Origin: Bacteroidaceae bacterium
Lineage (GTDB): Bacteria; Bacteroidota; Bacteroidia; Bacteroidales; Bacteroidaceae
Assembly (NCBI GenBank): GCA_031552405.1
Contig: JAVBMN010000020.1
Location: forward strand, 12,860 to 76,859
Length of the DNA stretch: 64,000 bases
Reading direction: 5' to 3'
The number at the start of each line of letters is the position of its first letter. Position 1 is the stretch's first letter. Of the stretch, positions 54,768-63,533 are shown in pieces. The notes under the pieces are model-generated. The model had not been told where the DNA came from, did not search any database, and saw only the letters and a list, made by a program, of their open reading frames with translations. The position numbers and the translations under genes are program-made.

Positions 54768-56405
54768 ATGAAGAAATATAAAATCTTATTCCTTTGTATC
54801 CTATTAAGCGTACAACTGCTGCAAAGCAAAATTGTAGTGTTTACCATCGGCGACTCCACAATGGCAAACAGAAGCAGCGGAGACTCTGAACGAGGATGGG
54901 GTATGCTATTACCCCAATTCGTGACGGATGAGGTACAAGTATCAAACCATGCCATCAACGGATACAGCACCAAAAGCTTTATTGATGATAAGAAATGGAG
55001 CGCCGTAGTAAACTCCTTGCAGCCCGGTAACTTCGTACTGATACAATTTGGCCACAATGACGCCAAAGCAGACGCGCCGCTCCATACGGATCCGGCCACT
55101 ACCTACAAGGCAAACCTCACGAAGTTTGTAAATGAATCGCGTGCCAAAGGAGCTATTCCAGTCTTATTAACATCTATTGTGCGCCGTAGCTTTGACACGT
55201 ATGGTAATGTGACAAATACACACGGTGAGTACCCAGAAGCTGTAAGAGAACTGGCCATCGAATTAAATGTTCCGATGATCGATATGGAACTGAAGACCCG
55301 CCTATTGGAAAACATTGCCGGGCTGACAGGCTCTCGCAGCATCCACCAATGGAGCCCGGGATCAGAGATTGACAACACGCATCTCTGCAACTACGGTGCA
55401 TACGTGGTAGCACGACTGGTAGCAGATGGTATACGCGAACTACACATCCAGATCCCACTGAAGGCTACTCCTACCGCATTGGCCAATGCCGAAGCAAACA
55501 CGCTGGAACTGGCCTACCGCATGTTAAACACCCAGATCCAAACCGCCCAAGCCACACTTCAGAGCCTGACAACGGCCACTGGAAAAGTCGATTTTCAAAA
55601 GGCCATAACGGAAGTGAAAGGAAAGACACAGGGAAAACAGTATGCTACCCTCAGTGAAATGGACGCAGATATACGGGCACTCCGCAGTGCAGAACTCGCA
55701 TTTAAGTGGACACAAGCCACTCCCTTCAACGCCACTTTCGCCATCGGCAATCCAGGTATGGAAGAGGGGGTAATATGGGATATCACCAATAACTCGGTCA
55801 TGGCCATGTCGTGGACACTGGATGCCACCTTTGCAGGGACCAAAGACATTGCACTGAAAACCGTGGCAAGCGAAGGATATTACCGGTTCTATGCCTGGGG
55901 CGATGCCGGTTCTTCTATCGACTTTTTCCAAGACCTAGTGTTATCGGCAGGGAAATATACACTGAAAGCCGATTTAAAGCCCAATGTCACCAATACGGCT
56001 GTTCTTTATGCAAAAATGAAGGATGAAACCCTTCAGGGAAACGCCCTTGGCTCCTGGAGTTCATGGGGAACTACACAAATAACCCTCACCATTACAGAAG
56101 ATCACACCCCTGTACGTATAGGTGTCAACTCCTCGCGGGCGATAATGATTGACAACTTCCAGTTGATAAAGAACGAAGCCATAGCCTCTTCGCTAGAAAA
56201 GCCGGAGCAGCATTCTTTCAGCATCCTAAACTGTAAAGGAGGTATAGTCATCAGCGGAGACGATGCGCCGCAATCTACTCTTGCCATCCATACGCTTGAA
56301 GGACAACTAATCAAAACCGTACAGGTAACAACTATTCCACTTTTTATTCCATTGTCAAGAGGGATCTATATTATCAATAATCAGAAAATAGCGATTGAAT
56401 CCTAA
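54768..56405 (+). CDS. SGNH/CE12-like (rhamnogalacturonan acetylesterase-like) esterase with NPSFE-type module and T9SS-type tail
   Basis: SGNH blocks are present: FTIGDSTMAN, NHAINGYSTKSF, LIQFGHNDA and DNTHLCNYGA. The C-terminal module and the tail (LAIHTLEGQLIKTVQV...GIYIINNQKIAIES) match those of protein D. Confidence 0.75.
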   Translation: MKKYKILFLCILLSVQLLQSKIVVFTIGDSTMANRSSGDSERGWGMLLPQFVTDEVQVSNHAINGYSTKSFIDDKKWSAVVNSLQPGNFVLIQFGHNDAKADAPLHTDPATTYKANLTKFVNESRAKGAIPVLLTSIVRRSFDTYGNVTNTHGEYPEAVRELAIELNVPMIDMELKTRLLENIAGLTGSRSIHQWSPGSEIDNTHLCNYGAYVVARLVADGIRELHIQIPLKATPTALANAEANTLELAYRMLNTQIQTAQATLQSLTTATGKVDFQKAITEVKGKTQGKQYATLSEMDADIRALRSAELAFKWTQATPFNATFAIGNPGMEEGVIWDITNNSVMAMSWTLDATFAGTKDIALKTVASEGYYRFYAWGDAGSSIDFFQDLVLSAGKYTLKADLKPNVTNTAVLYAKMKDETLQGNALGSWSSWGTTQITLTITEDHTPVRIGVNSSRAIMIDNFQLIKNEAIASSLEKPEQHSFSILNCKGGIVISGDDAPQSTLAIHTLEGQLIKTVQVTTIPLFIPLSRGIYIINNQKIAIES

Positions 56406-56443
56406 GAAATAATATCAAAGAAACTATCATAGAAAGATAAATT

Positions 56444-59400
56444 ATGAAAAAGAAACTCTTATCCCTTGTACTCTGCCTTATGGCATGTATGAGTATCACC
56501 CATGCACAGACGGGCATCCCCTACCTCCCTTTAAAGGGTCAATTCGGAGGGGCGCAGGTCAATGACCTCACTAATTTTGTGCCCAGTCTGGGCGATTACA
56601 CGCTGGAACTACAGGGCACAAAAGGCACTGAGATCCGGATTGCATTCGCAGGTATCAGTTATACTCCGGCAGAAACGTCTACCGTACGTTTCACCCAAAA
56701 AGAGGGGAAAGTATATGTGTTTGAGAATGGGCTGTTCAAGACTATTCTTACCCCCGATTCGAAATACGCCACAAGCGGGGACAATATTATTCAGAACCCC
56801 GGCTTCGAACAAGTAGAAGCAGAACTGCTGGCCACCGGCCGCTGGAAACCCACCATTTGGGATACCTGGAACGGAGGCATGCCTACCTGGGGAGGTGACA
56901 CCGGGAAAACCAACGTACGCGAAGATGCTGCCTATCGCTCAGAAGGCACAAAGTCTATCATTATGCACAGCGACTCGCGCCAGTTGCTGCAGGAGCTGCC
57001 GCAGAACTCACTGGAAGCCGGTGCACATTACCTACTTGCGTATGACTACTGGACCTCAGCCGGAAGCGGAAATGGGGGTATCACCTATCAGATCATGCTC
57101 CGGAAGGATAAGTATTCGAATGAATTTCAAACGTTTTCAGGCCATACCACCCTCGAATCGGGCACTGCAAAGACCTCCTTCTCCACCCTCTTCCAAGTGG
57201 CGGCAGATGTACCGGAAAGTGTGTGGTTCGTACTCCAGCGCAATGAAGACAAGGTAGACTGGCTGGACAACTTCAAACTATACAAGATCATACCCGAAAA
57301 CAAAGGAATCACCGGAGCAACCTCCGTGGCATATCTTTCCGGTGCGGCATATGCTCCGGGCAACCTAAGTTTTGAAAACGGAGATTATATCGACATGACC
57401 GGCCGCATTACAAATCCGGGCTTTGACAATAACACTACCGGATGGACCCTTGAAGCAAACGGTTCTAAGATCAGTACCGCAGAAAAAGCCGGCGGACTGA
57501 TCCCCGCTGGCCAAAACCACCTCCAGTTCTGGGTAGGAAGCGGTGGCGTCACAGGTAAAATGTACCAAACCCTCACCGGTCTACCCAATGGGAAATACAC
57601 CGTAAAGGCAGCTATCGCTCCAGCATTCAGCGGCACCGCCTCTCTTTATGCCAACTCGGGCAAGACAGCTGTTGTCTCAGGAACATCCAAACAGTATGAA
57701 GTACACGGAATCGTATTTGACGGTACACTGGAAATGGGTCTGGAAATGGCCACATCCGGAAGCCCTACGATTGATATTGACGATTTCAAACTCTTCTACT
57801 TAGGAATAGAGGCCGAAGGTTACTTGCAAGTACTACAGGCCAAGATTACAGAGGCCAAAGCAGATACCACCGCCATGCACACCGCCACCGGACGTCCCGG
57901 TTACCACAACCTGCCCCAGTACCGCCTGGCATTGGAAAAGGCTGTTAACCGACCTGACGATGAAGCGGCTACACTGACAGAGGCCCTGGCTACACTGAAC
58001 GAGGCCATTACGGAATATGAGGCCATCCTTGAGGCATACACCCCGCTGAAAGAAGCCATAGACAAGCTAAAAGTCCAACTGACCGCTTCAGGCTATCCGG
58101 TCAAAACCTCTTTTGAGAGTGTCCTCGCAGCCGCACAGGCAGTGTATGACAGCCCGAACGATCAACGCGCCCATATTGCAGCAAGCATCCAGACAATAGC
58201 TGAGAAAGAAGCAACCCTTACCACCTACAAGGACCTGAAAACGGCCATCGCAAGTGCCACCGCGATACTAAACAGTACCTCCTATGCAGGGAAAGCAGCC
58301 TTCCAGACGGCCATCCAGGCAGCTCAGGCGGTAACCGAGAATCCCGAAGGGAAGGATCTGAGTGTCGCCATTGCCGCCTTAAGCACTGCGCAGACAGCCT
58401 ATCACAACTCCCAGTACACCAACCCGGCCGTTCAGCAGACGGTATCCAGCGTAGACACCAGTCTGAAAGGGTCTGATAAGTTTGTACTCAGAGTGGATGG
58501 GAAGCCCTTCTACATGACCAATATACAGGTACGTCTCGACAAGCTGTATGGTTATGAAGGCTGGAACGATGCCGCCCTGGAAGCGGTGGTAAAACGTGCG
58601 GCAGAAGACGGTTTCAACACCCTGTCCATCCCCATTCACTGGCGCGAGGTAGAACCGGTGAAAGACCAGTTCAACTGGACCATCCTGGACAAGTTCATGG
58701 GCTGGTGCAAGAAGTATGACGTAAAGATGGAAATGCTGTGGTTCAGCTGGAGCAGTGGCGGACGGGTGCAATACCTGATGAACACTGGCGAAAAGCAAAC
58801 CCTCCGCACCCCTGATTATGTATGTTCACTATCCGGAACCAGCGAATTCAACATGTTGCGCAAAGAATGGGAATACTCCTTAGACTGGCGGGATACCAAT
58901 CTGCGCAACCGCGAGAAATATGTAATGGGACAGATCATGGAGCACATCGCCGTATGGGATGCCAACAACGGCAATCCGCACACCGTGGTAGGCGCCCAGC
59001 TGGGTAACGAGGCACGCAATCATGGAGACAATTCAGCCACCGCTGCCGAGATTATAGAGTACTACCACCATATAGGCGCCGGGATAAAGGAGTCGAAATA
59101 TGTGATCTGGACCCGCCTCAACTGCGTAAGCTGGGAAACCCCCGGACGCATCAGCGCCAACGAAGCCAAGCGCAACAGCAGTACCGGTACCAATATCGAC
59201 TTTGTAGGCATTGACATCTACGGAACAAGTGCTTCAAGCATCCTGGGAAATATGGGCGGCCAGTTGCCTCATACAGGTAAAAATTATTCCATGATTATGG
59301 AAATCGATGCCAAAGACTCCAACTCCCCCATCTACCAGATGGCAGCGCTTGCCGGAAACAAGGCTTTCGATTATTACAACATGGCTGTGGTTGACGGTAA

Positions 59401-60511
59401 TAACCTATACACCAACAGCGGAACCACCCTGACGGAACGCAGCCACATCACCCTCGTGCGCCAACGTAACAAGATACTGAACCTAGCCAACCAGGATGTA
59501 GCCCTCCGGGCACAAGGAAAAAACCTGTATGTGTACAACTACGCCGGTAACTCCACTGTAGGCGAGAACGGCCTTGAAGACATTCGTTTCGTACCCAATG
59601 CCCCCCAGACACAGGCTGTGGCCATCCGTCGCAGCGAATCGGAAATCGTACTCCTCTCCACCATGACCGGTACATTCACCTTCCCTGCCAAATTTGAGAT
59701 CGTCTCAGCCTCGAAAGGATACTTTGACAAAGACAACAAATGGGTGAACGAAGGTGCAGTAACGCTTAGCGGAAATACCCTGACCATGCCTGCCACCTCC
59801 GCCGTACTGGTAAAGCTGAAGACCACCGAAGAGCCCATTACCGGCGTGATCAAAAACCCCAGTTTTGAGGAAACGATTTATAACAACGGAACATACACCG
59901 TACCCAAAGACTGGACTCTGCAAGGAACCATCAATGGCCCCGATGTACAGTTGAAAACCGGAGATGCCGTGGACGGTGAGAAACGCTACTACATCTGGGC
60001 CACCTCCGGCAGCTCCATCGATTTGTATCAGGACATCGTGTTGCCCGCAGGCGATTATACCGTGAAAGCCTCCCTGAAGGCCAACGCCCCCGCCTCTACC
60101 TATGTATATGCCACAGTAGGCGGCAACACGATCCGTACAGCCACCTCGGCCAGTTGGAGCCTATGGAGAAGCACCGCCGCATCATTCAAAGTATCGGCGG
60201 ATAACACCACCGTACGCATCGGAGTTACAGCCAGCGAGGCAGTGATGATCGACCATTTCCTGTTGTACAAGAAAACTGAAGGTGCGGACGTATCCGCACC
60301 CTCAGTAGCCGAAGACCGTCCGGAGCTGCAACTCATCAACTGCGAAGGAGGAATACTCATTAGCAGCAACAACCCCGAGCTACTGTCCGTGCACATCCAT
60401 TCCATCGCCGGCCAATACATAAAGACCATAAGTCTAAGCAACGAGCCGGTCTTTGTATCCCTGCCAAAAGGAGCGTATGCAGTGGGCGCACAAACAGCGC
60501 TTGTAAATTAG
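56444..60511 (+). CDS. Secreted modular protein D with a clan GH-A (beta/alpha)8 hydrolase-like domain
   Basis: GIPYLPLKGQFGG N-domain, NPGFE, NPGFDNN...NHLQFW and NPSFE-type CBM-like modules, and helical repeats. The TIM-barrel-like blocks are IPIHWREVEPVKDQFNW, LGNEARNHG and IMEIDAKD. The tail is SVHIHSIAGQYIKTISL...GAYAVGAQTALVN. Confidence 0.7.
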   Translation: MKKKLLSLVLCLMACMSITHAQTGIPYLPLKGQFGGAQVNDLTNFVPSLGDYTLELQGTKGTEIRIAFAGISYTPAETSTVRFTQKEGKVYVFENGLFKTILTPDSKYATSGDNIIQNPGFEQVEAELLATGRWKPTIWDTWNGGMPTWGGDTGKTNVREDAAYRSEGTKSIIMHSDSRQLLQELPQNSLEAGAHYLLAYDYWTSAGSGNGGITYQIMLRKDKYSNEFQTFSGHTTLESGTAKTSFSTLFQVAADVPESVWFVLQRNEDKVDWLDNFKLYKIIPENKGITGATSVAYLSGAAYAPGNLSFENGDYIDMTGRITNPGFDNNTTGWTLEANGSKISTAEKAGGLIPAGQNHLQFWVGSGGVTGKMYQTLTGLPNGKYTVKAAIAPAFSGTASLYANSGKTAVVSGTSKQYEVHGIVFDGTLEMGLEMATSGSPTIDIDDFKLFYLGIEAEGYLQVLQAKITEAKADTTAMHTATGRPGYHNLPQYRLALEKAVNRPDDEAATLTEALATLNEAITEYEAILEAYTPLKEAIDKLKVQLTASGYPVKTSFESVLAAAQAVYDSPNDQRAHIAASIQTIAEKEATLTTYKDLKTAIASATAILNSTSYAGKAAFQTAIQAAQAVTENPEGKDLSVAIAALSTAQTAYHNSQYTNPAVQQTVSSVDTSLKGSDKFVLRVDGKPFYMTNIQVRLDKLYGYEGWNDAALEAVVKRAAEDGFNTLSIPIHWREVEPVKDQFNWTILDKFMGWCKKYDVKMEMLWFSWSSGGRVQYLMNTGEKQTLRTPDYVCSLSGTSEFNMLRKEWEYSLDWRDTNLRNREKYVMGQIMEHIAVWDANNGNPHTVVGAQLGNEARNHGDNSATAAEIIEYYHHIGAGIKESKYVIWTRLNCVSWETPGRISANEAKRNSSTGTNIDFVGIDIYGTSASSILGNMGGQLPHTGKNYSMIMEIDAKDSNSPIYQMAALAGNKAFDYYNMAVVDGNNLYTNSGTTLTERSHITLVRQRNKILNLANQDVALRAQGKNLYVYNYAGNSTVGENGLEDIRFVPNAPQTQAVAIRRSESEIVLLSTMTGTFTFPAKFEIVSASKGYFDKDNKWVNEGAVTLSGNTLTMPATSAVLVKLKTTEEPITGVIKNPSFEETIYNNGTYTVPKDWTLQGTINGPDVQLKTGDAVDGEKRYYIWATSGSSIDLYQDIVLPAGDYTVKASLKANAPASTYVYATVGGNTIRTATSASWSLWRSTAASFKVSADNTTVRIGVTASEAVMIDHFLLYKKTEGADVSAPSVAEDRPELQLINCEGGILISSNNPELLSVHIHSIAGQYIKTISLSNEPVFVSLPKGAYAVGAQTALVN

Positions 60512-60546
60512 GAAAAACCCATGGATTTGAAGAAAAAAGGGCTATA

Positions 60547-61172
60547 CCCTTCACATCCCCTGCAATCACTTGTTATACAGCCACTTAAGCGTGAACCCCA
60601 CCCTTCACAAAGGATTTGTACAAACCTTATTATCAGATATTTACGCGTGAGCCCCCACCCTTCACCTATCCTTCACGCTGAGAGGTAGGCGTTCTCCGGG
60701 ATGTTAGGCATCCCGGAGGAGAAAAGCGTGGATGTCTTGCATCCACATCTGAGTACCTGGCCCTGTTCGCGGAGGGGATGCAAGACATCCCCGTTTTGAA
60801 ACGTCGGGATGCCTAACATCCCGACGAACATTAGTCAGGTTGTGAATAGCACCCTTCACAGGGTTCACACCCGCCCTTCGTCCTGAAAGCCCTTGCCCAC
60901 CAGCGTTTCAGAGCATGTGAAGGATGTGAAGGGGTGTAGCGAAAACCCCGTGAAAGAGAGGTATTTCTCTGTATTTCACGACCTGCGCAAACCTGCAAAA
61001 GTGCAAGGCTGCGGTCATACAATCTCACGCCTGCGTTTTGAAATCTCAGGCCTGAGATTTCAAAATACAGGCCTGAAATTGAGAAACTGGAGCGCTGCAG
61101 TTCGACAATTGGTGGGCACGAATTTAAAACTGGTGGGCACGGGCTGATAAACTCGTGCGCACCAGTTGTACC
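60547..61172. repeat. Composite repeat region (CCCTTCAC words, four GGATG hairpins, 21-22 bp GGCCTGA / GTGGGCAC / GTGCGCAC tandem units)
   Basis: cccttcac occurs at about 60547, 60601, 60658 and 60852, with inverted gtgaagg at about 60917 and 60926. The tandem units at 61026..61172 have the same word families as 31606..31755. Confidence 0.7.
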
Positions 61173-61195
61173 AAAGATAAACAAATACCAAGTAT

Positions 61196-62752
61196 ATGAA
61201 TAGGAAATGGATACCCAAAATTGCCGCAATCGCTATAAGCCTCGCGGTTTCTCTGCCCAGTGAAACATGGGCACAACAAAAAACTCAGACAAGGAGTAAT
61301 GCAGACAAGGGGTATTATCAGAATCCCATCTTAGGCGGCGATTATCCCGACCCCACCATTGTAAGGGATGGCAATGACTATTACATGACCCATTCCGCCT
61401 TCAATTATTTGCCGGGGCTCACCCTCTTCCATTCAAAAGATCTGGTACACTGGAAGCCGGTCAGCATGGCCCTTACCCGATACTTAGGTTCTGTGTGGGC
61501 GCCTGACATCTGCAAATACAAAGGGAAATTCTATATTTACTTTACCGTATCGCAGGGCAATGACGATTTCAGCAACCATGTAGTGTATGCCGATTCTCCC
61601 CGGGGGCCCTGGAGCGAGCCCGTTAATCTGAATATAGGCAGTTGGATAGATCCCTGCCATGCCGTGGATGAAAGTACCGGGCAGCGCTGGCTGTTCCTCA
61701 GCGGAGGGCACCGCATCAGGCTGTCTGAAGACGGACTCTCTGCCGAAGGAAAGCTGGAAAAGGTATATGACGGGTGGCCCATTCCTAAGGACTGGACCAT
61801 AGAAGGCATGGCATTGGAAGGCCCGAAGATGAAAAAGATTGGCGATTATTATTACTTCCTGAACGCCCAGGGAGGAACCGCAGGCCCTCCTACTACCCAC
61901 ATGGCGGTGTTAGCCCGCTCCAAATCCATCAACGGCCCCTGGGAAAACAGCCCGGCCAACCCTTTGGTTCATACCTATAGCGGCACGGAACGCTGGTGGT
62001 CAAAGGGGCACGCCTCACTCATTGATACCCCTGACGGGCAATGGTGGGTGGTATATCACGCCTACGAAAAGGACTTTTTGACCCTGGGAAGGCAAACCCT
62101 CCTGGAACCTGTGCAGATCACCGAAGACGGTTGGTTAAAAGCCCCGTCAGGAAAAGAAACGGAAGGGATGATTCCCTGCCCCCTCCCCTCTGCCCGCAAG
62201 CAGCAACCAGGCGATAAGCTGAATGAGTTCCGCATCGGCTTCGACTGGAAATTTTATAAGCAGTATGATCCCGCACGTTTCACCCTGAAAGACGGCATAT
62301 TGACCCTGAAAGCCCAAGGTTCCAATCCGGCAGAATCCTCTCCCATGCTGTTTGTGACCGGTGCACATGGCTATGAAATGAGTGTAAAGATAGAATGTGA
62401 CAGCAATGCCGTGGCCGGACTTATACTCTACTACAATGACAACTTCTATGTAGGCACCGGCTGCGATCCCCAATACAGATACCGATGGCGAAGAGGCGCA
62501 CCGAAAGGAAGAACCCGGTACAGCAAGCCCGGCCCTATATGGCTAAAGCTTCGCAATGAAAATCACATCGTGACCGGTTATTACAGCTACGACGGCAAAG
62601 AATGGATCAAAGAAGGATGGGGCATGGAAATCTCCGGCTACCATCATAACACCCTTTCCGACTTTCAGAGCGTACTCCCCGGACTGTTCGTCTATGGAAA
62701 AGGAAAAGCTTGCTTTAAAGAGTTTCAATATAAATCCCTGAACTCTTTATGA
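61196..62752 (+). CDS. GH43 beta-xylosidase/alpha-L-arabinofuranosidase-type enzyme with C-terminal concanavalin-like domain
   Basis: Signal peptide. YQNPILGGDYPDPTIVRDGNDYYMTHS, VWAPDICKYKGKFYIYF and EGPKMKKIGDYYYF are classical GH43 blocks. No T9SS tail. Confidence 0.85.
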   Translation: MNRKWIPKIAAIAISLAVSLPSETWAQQKTQTRSNADKGYYQNPILGGDYPDPTIVRDGNDYYMTHSAFNYLPGLTLFHSKDLVHWKPVSMALTRYLGSVWAPDICKYKGKFYIYFTVSQGNDDFSNHVVYADSPRGPWSEPVNLNIGSWIDPCHAVDESTGQRWLFLSGGHRIRLSEDGLSAEGKLEKVYDGWPIPKDWTIEGMALEGPKMKKIGDYYYFLNAQGGTAGPPTTHMAVLARSKSINGPWENSPANPLVHTYSGTERWWSKGHASLIDTPDGQWWVVYHAYEKDFLTLGRQTLLEPVQITEDGWLKAPSGKETEGMIPCPLPSARKQQPGDKLNEFRIGFDWKFYKQYDPARFTLKDGILTLKAQGSNPAESSPMLFVTGAHGYEMSVKIECDSNAVAGLILYYNDNFYVGTGCDPQYRYRWRRGAPKGRTRYSKPGPIWLKLRNENHIVTGYYSYDGKEWIKEGWGMEISGYHHNTLSDFQSVLPGLFVYGKGKACFKEFQYKSLNSL

Positions 62753-62753
62753 A

Positions 62754-62777
62754 AATTCACAACCAATTGTGAATTTG
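62754..62777 (+). terminator. Hairpin immediately after the GH43 stop
   Basis: aaattcaca-accaat-tgtgaattt, a perfect 9-bp stem with a weak T tract. Confidence 0.4.
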
Positions 62778-62892
62778 AGGCATTTCTCCTATCTTTTCTT
62801 GCGAATCAAGATCAAAATGATTTTGGCATATTGCTTGCTACTGCACATTATGACACAATTGGGGCTGTAACCATTAAACCTAATTATGATTG

Positions 62893-63022
62893 GATGATTT
62901 AGCCCCTGTAGTCTATTTCGGCACCGCATAGCGGTGCAATTCTGGGTAGCCGTGGCGTGCTTGCACCCACGGTATCTAAAGGTTTCCATACCCCTAAGCC
63001 ACCTATAGTGGCTGCCCCTTGG
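62893..63022. repeat. Left inverted repeat of the RAYT unit (REP-like hairpin triplet)
   Basis: Direct comparison with the reverse complement of 63534..63663. Confidence 0.8.
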
Positions 63023-63478
63023 TTATTCATCGAAGAGATATTTACCATCGTAAGTAATTCCGAACTTCTCCAATATATTCATGTATTCATCCCTAAAAGA
63101 ATGCTTCCGGTGATGTTCCGGTTGCCTCTTTATGTATTCGATCACCGCTTCTTCATGCGTTTTTGAATAAGAGAAAGCCCCAAATCCATCCTGCCAGCAG
63201 AAAAGGGAACGGAATATTCCTTTTTTATTGATGCAATACGATGACTGCGATTTTATCTTCCTCACGAGGGTCGAGATGCATACTGTGGGGTGTAATCCAA
63301 TGAATAGATGAAGATGATCAGGATTGCAATAAATAGCAAGTACTCTACATTTTTCTTCCGATACAAGATGGGTAATGTGTTTCTCAAGGGCTATCCGGGA
63401 AGATTCAGGGATAAGGTTTTCTTTTGATTTAACTGCAAATATAATGTGTATGCGCAGTTGGGTAAATGTATTAGCCAT
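63023..63478 (-). CDS. REP-associated tyrosine transposase (IS200/IS605 Y1 transposase-like, RAYT)
   Basis: 151 aa. FTQLRIHIIFAVKSKENLI and NPDHLHLFIGLHP (HUH-type motif) fit the transposase 17/RAYT family. The gene is flanked by 130-bp inverted repeats. Confidence 0.75.
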   Translation of the reverse strand: MANTFTQLRIHIIFAVKSKENLIPESSRIALEKHITHLVSEEKCRVLAIYCNPDHLHLFIGLHPTVCISTLVRKIKSQSSYCINKKGIFRSLFCWQDGFGAFSYSKTHEEAVIEYIKRQPEHHRKHSFRDEYMNILEKFGITYDGKYLFDE

Positions 63479-63533
63479 AGTATTATTGATAAAAAGGTTT
63501 TGTAGTGCAAAAGTAATGAAAGTTTCCTGATAA

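Noticed and set aside
60831-61229. ORFs 60831..61229 (-) and 60893..61147 (+), giving repetitive peptides (ISGLRFQN.GL...).
   Set aside because: They are translations of the 21-22 bp tandem DNA repeats on both strands. There is no start context and no promoter, and the periodicity is at the DNA level, not the codon level.
24301-62752. Search for SusC-like TonB-dependent receptors, SusD-like proteins, or ECF sigma/anti-sigma pairs in the island.
   Set aside because: None of the ORFs of 60 aa or more has a plug/TonB-box N-terminus, the ~1000 aa beta-barrel pattern ending in an aromatic residue, or SusD-like TPR content. The absence is reported as part of the main finding, not as a feature.
62789-63166. 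ORFs 62789..62989 (-) and 62957..63166 (+).
   Set aside because: They overlap the left inverted repeat of the RAYT unit and the 3' end of the RAYT gene on the other strand. They have no motifs and are probably artefacts of the palindromic sequence.
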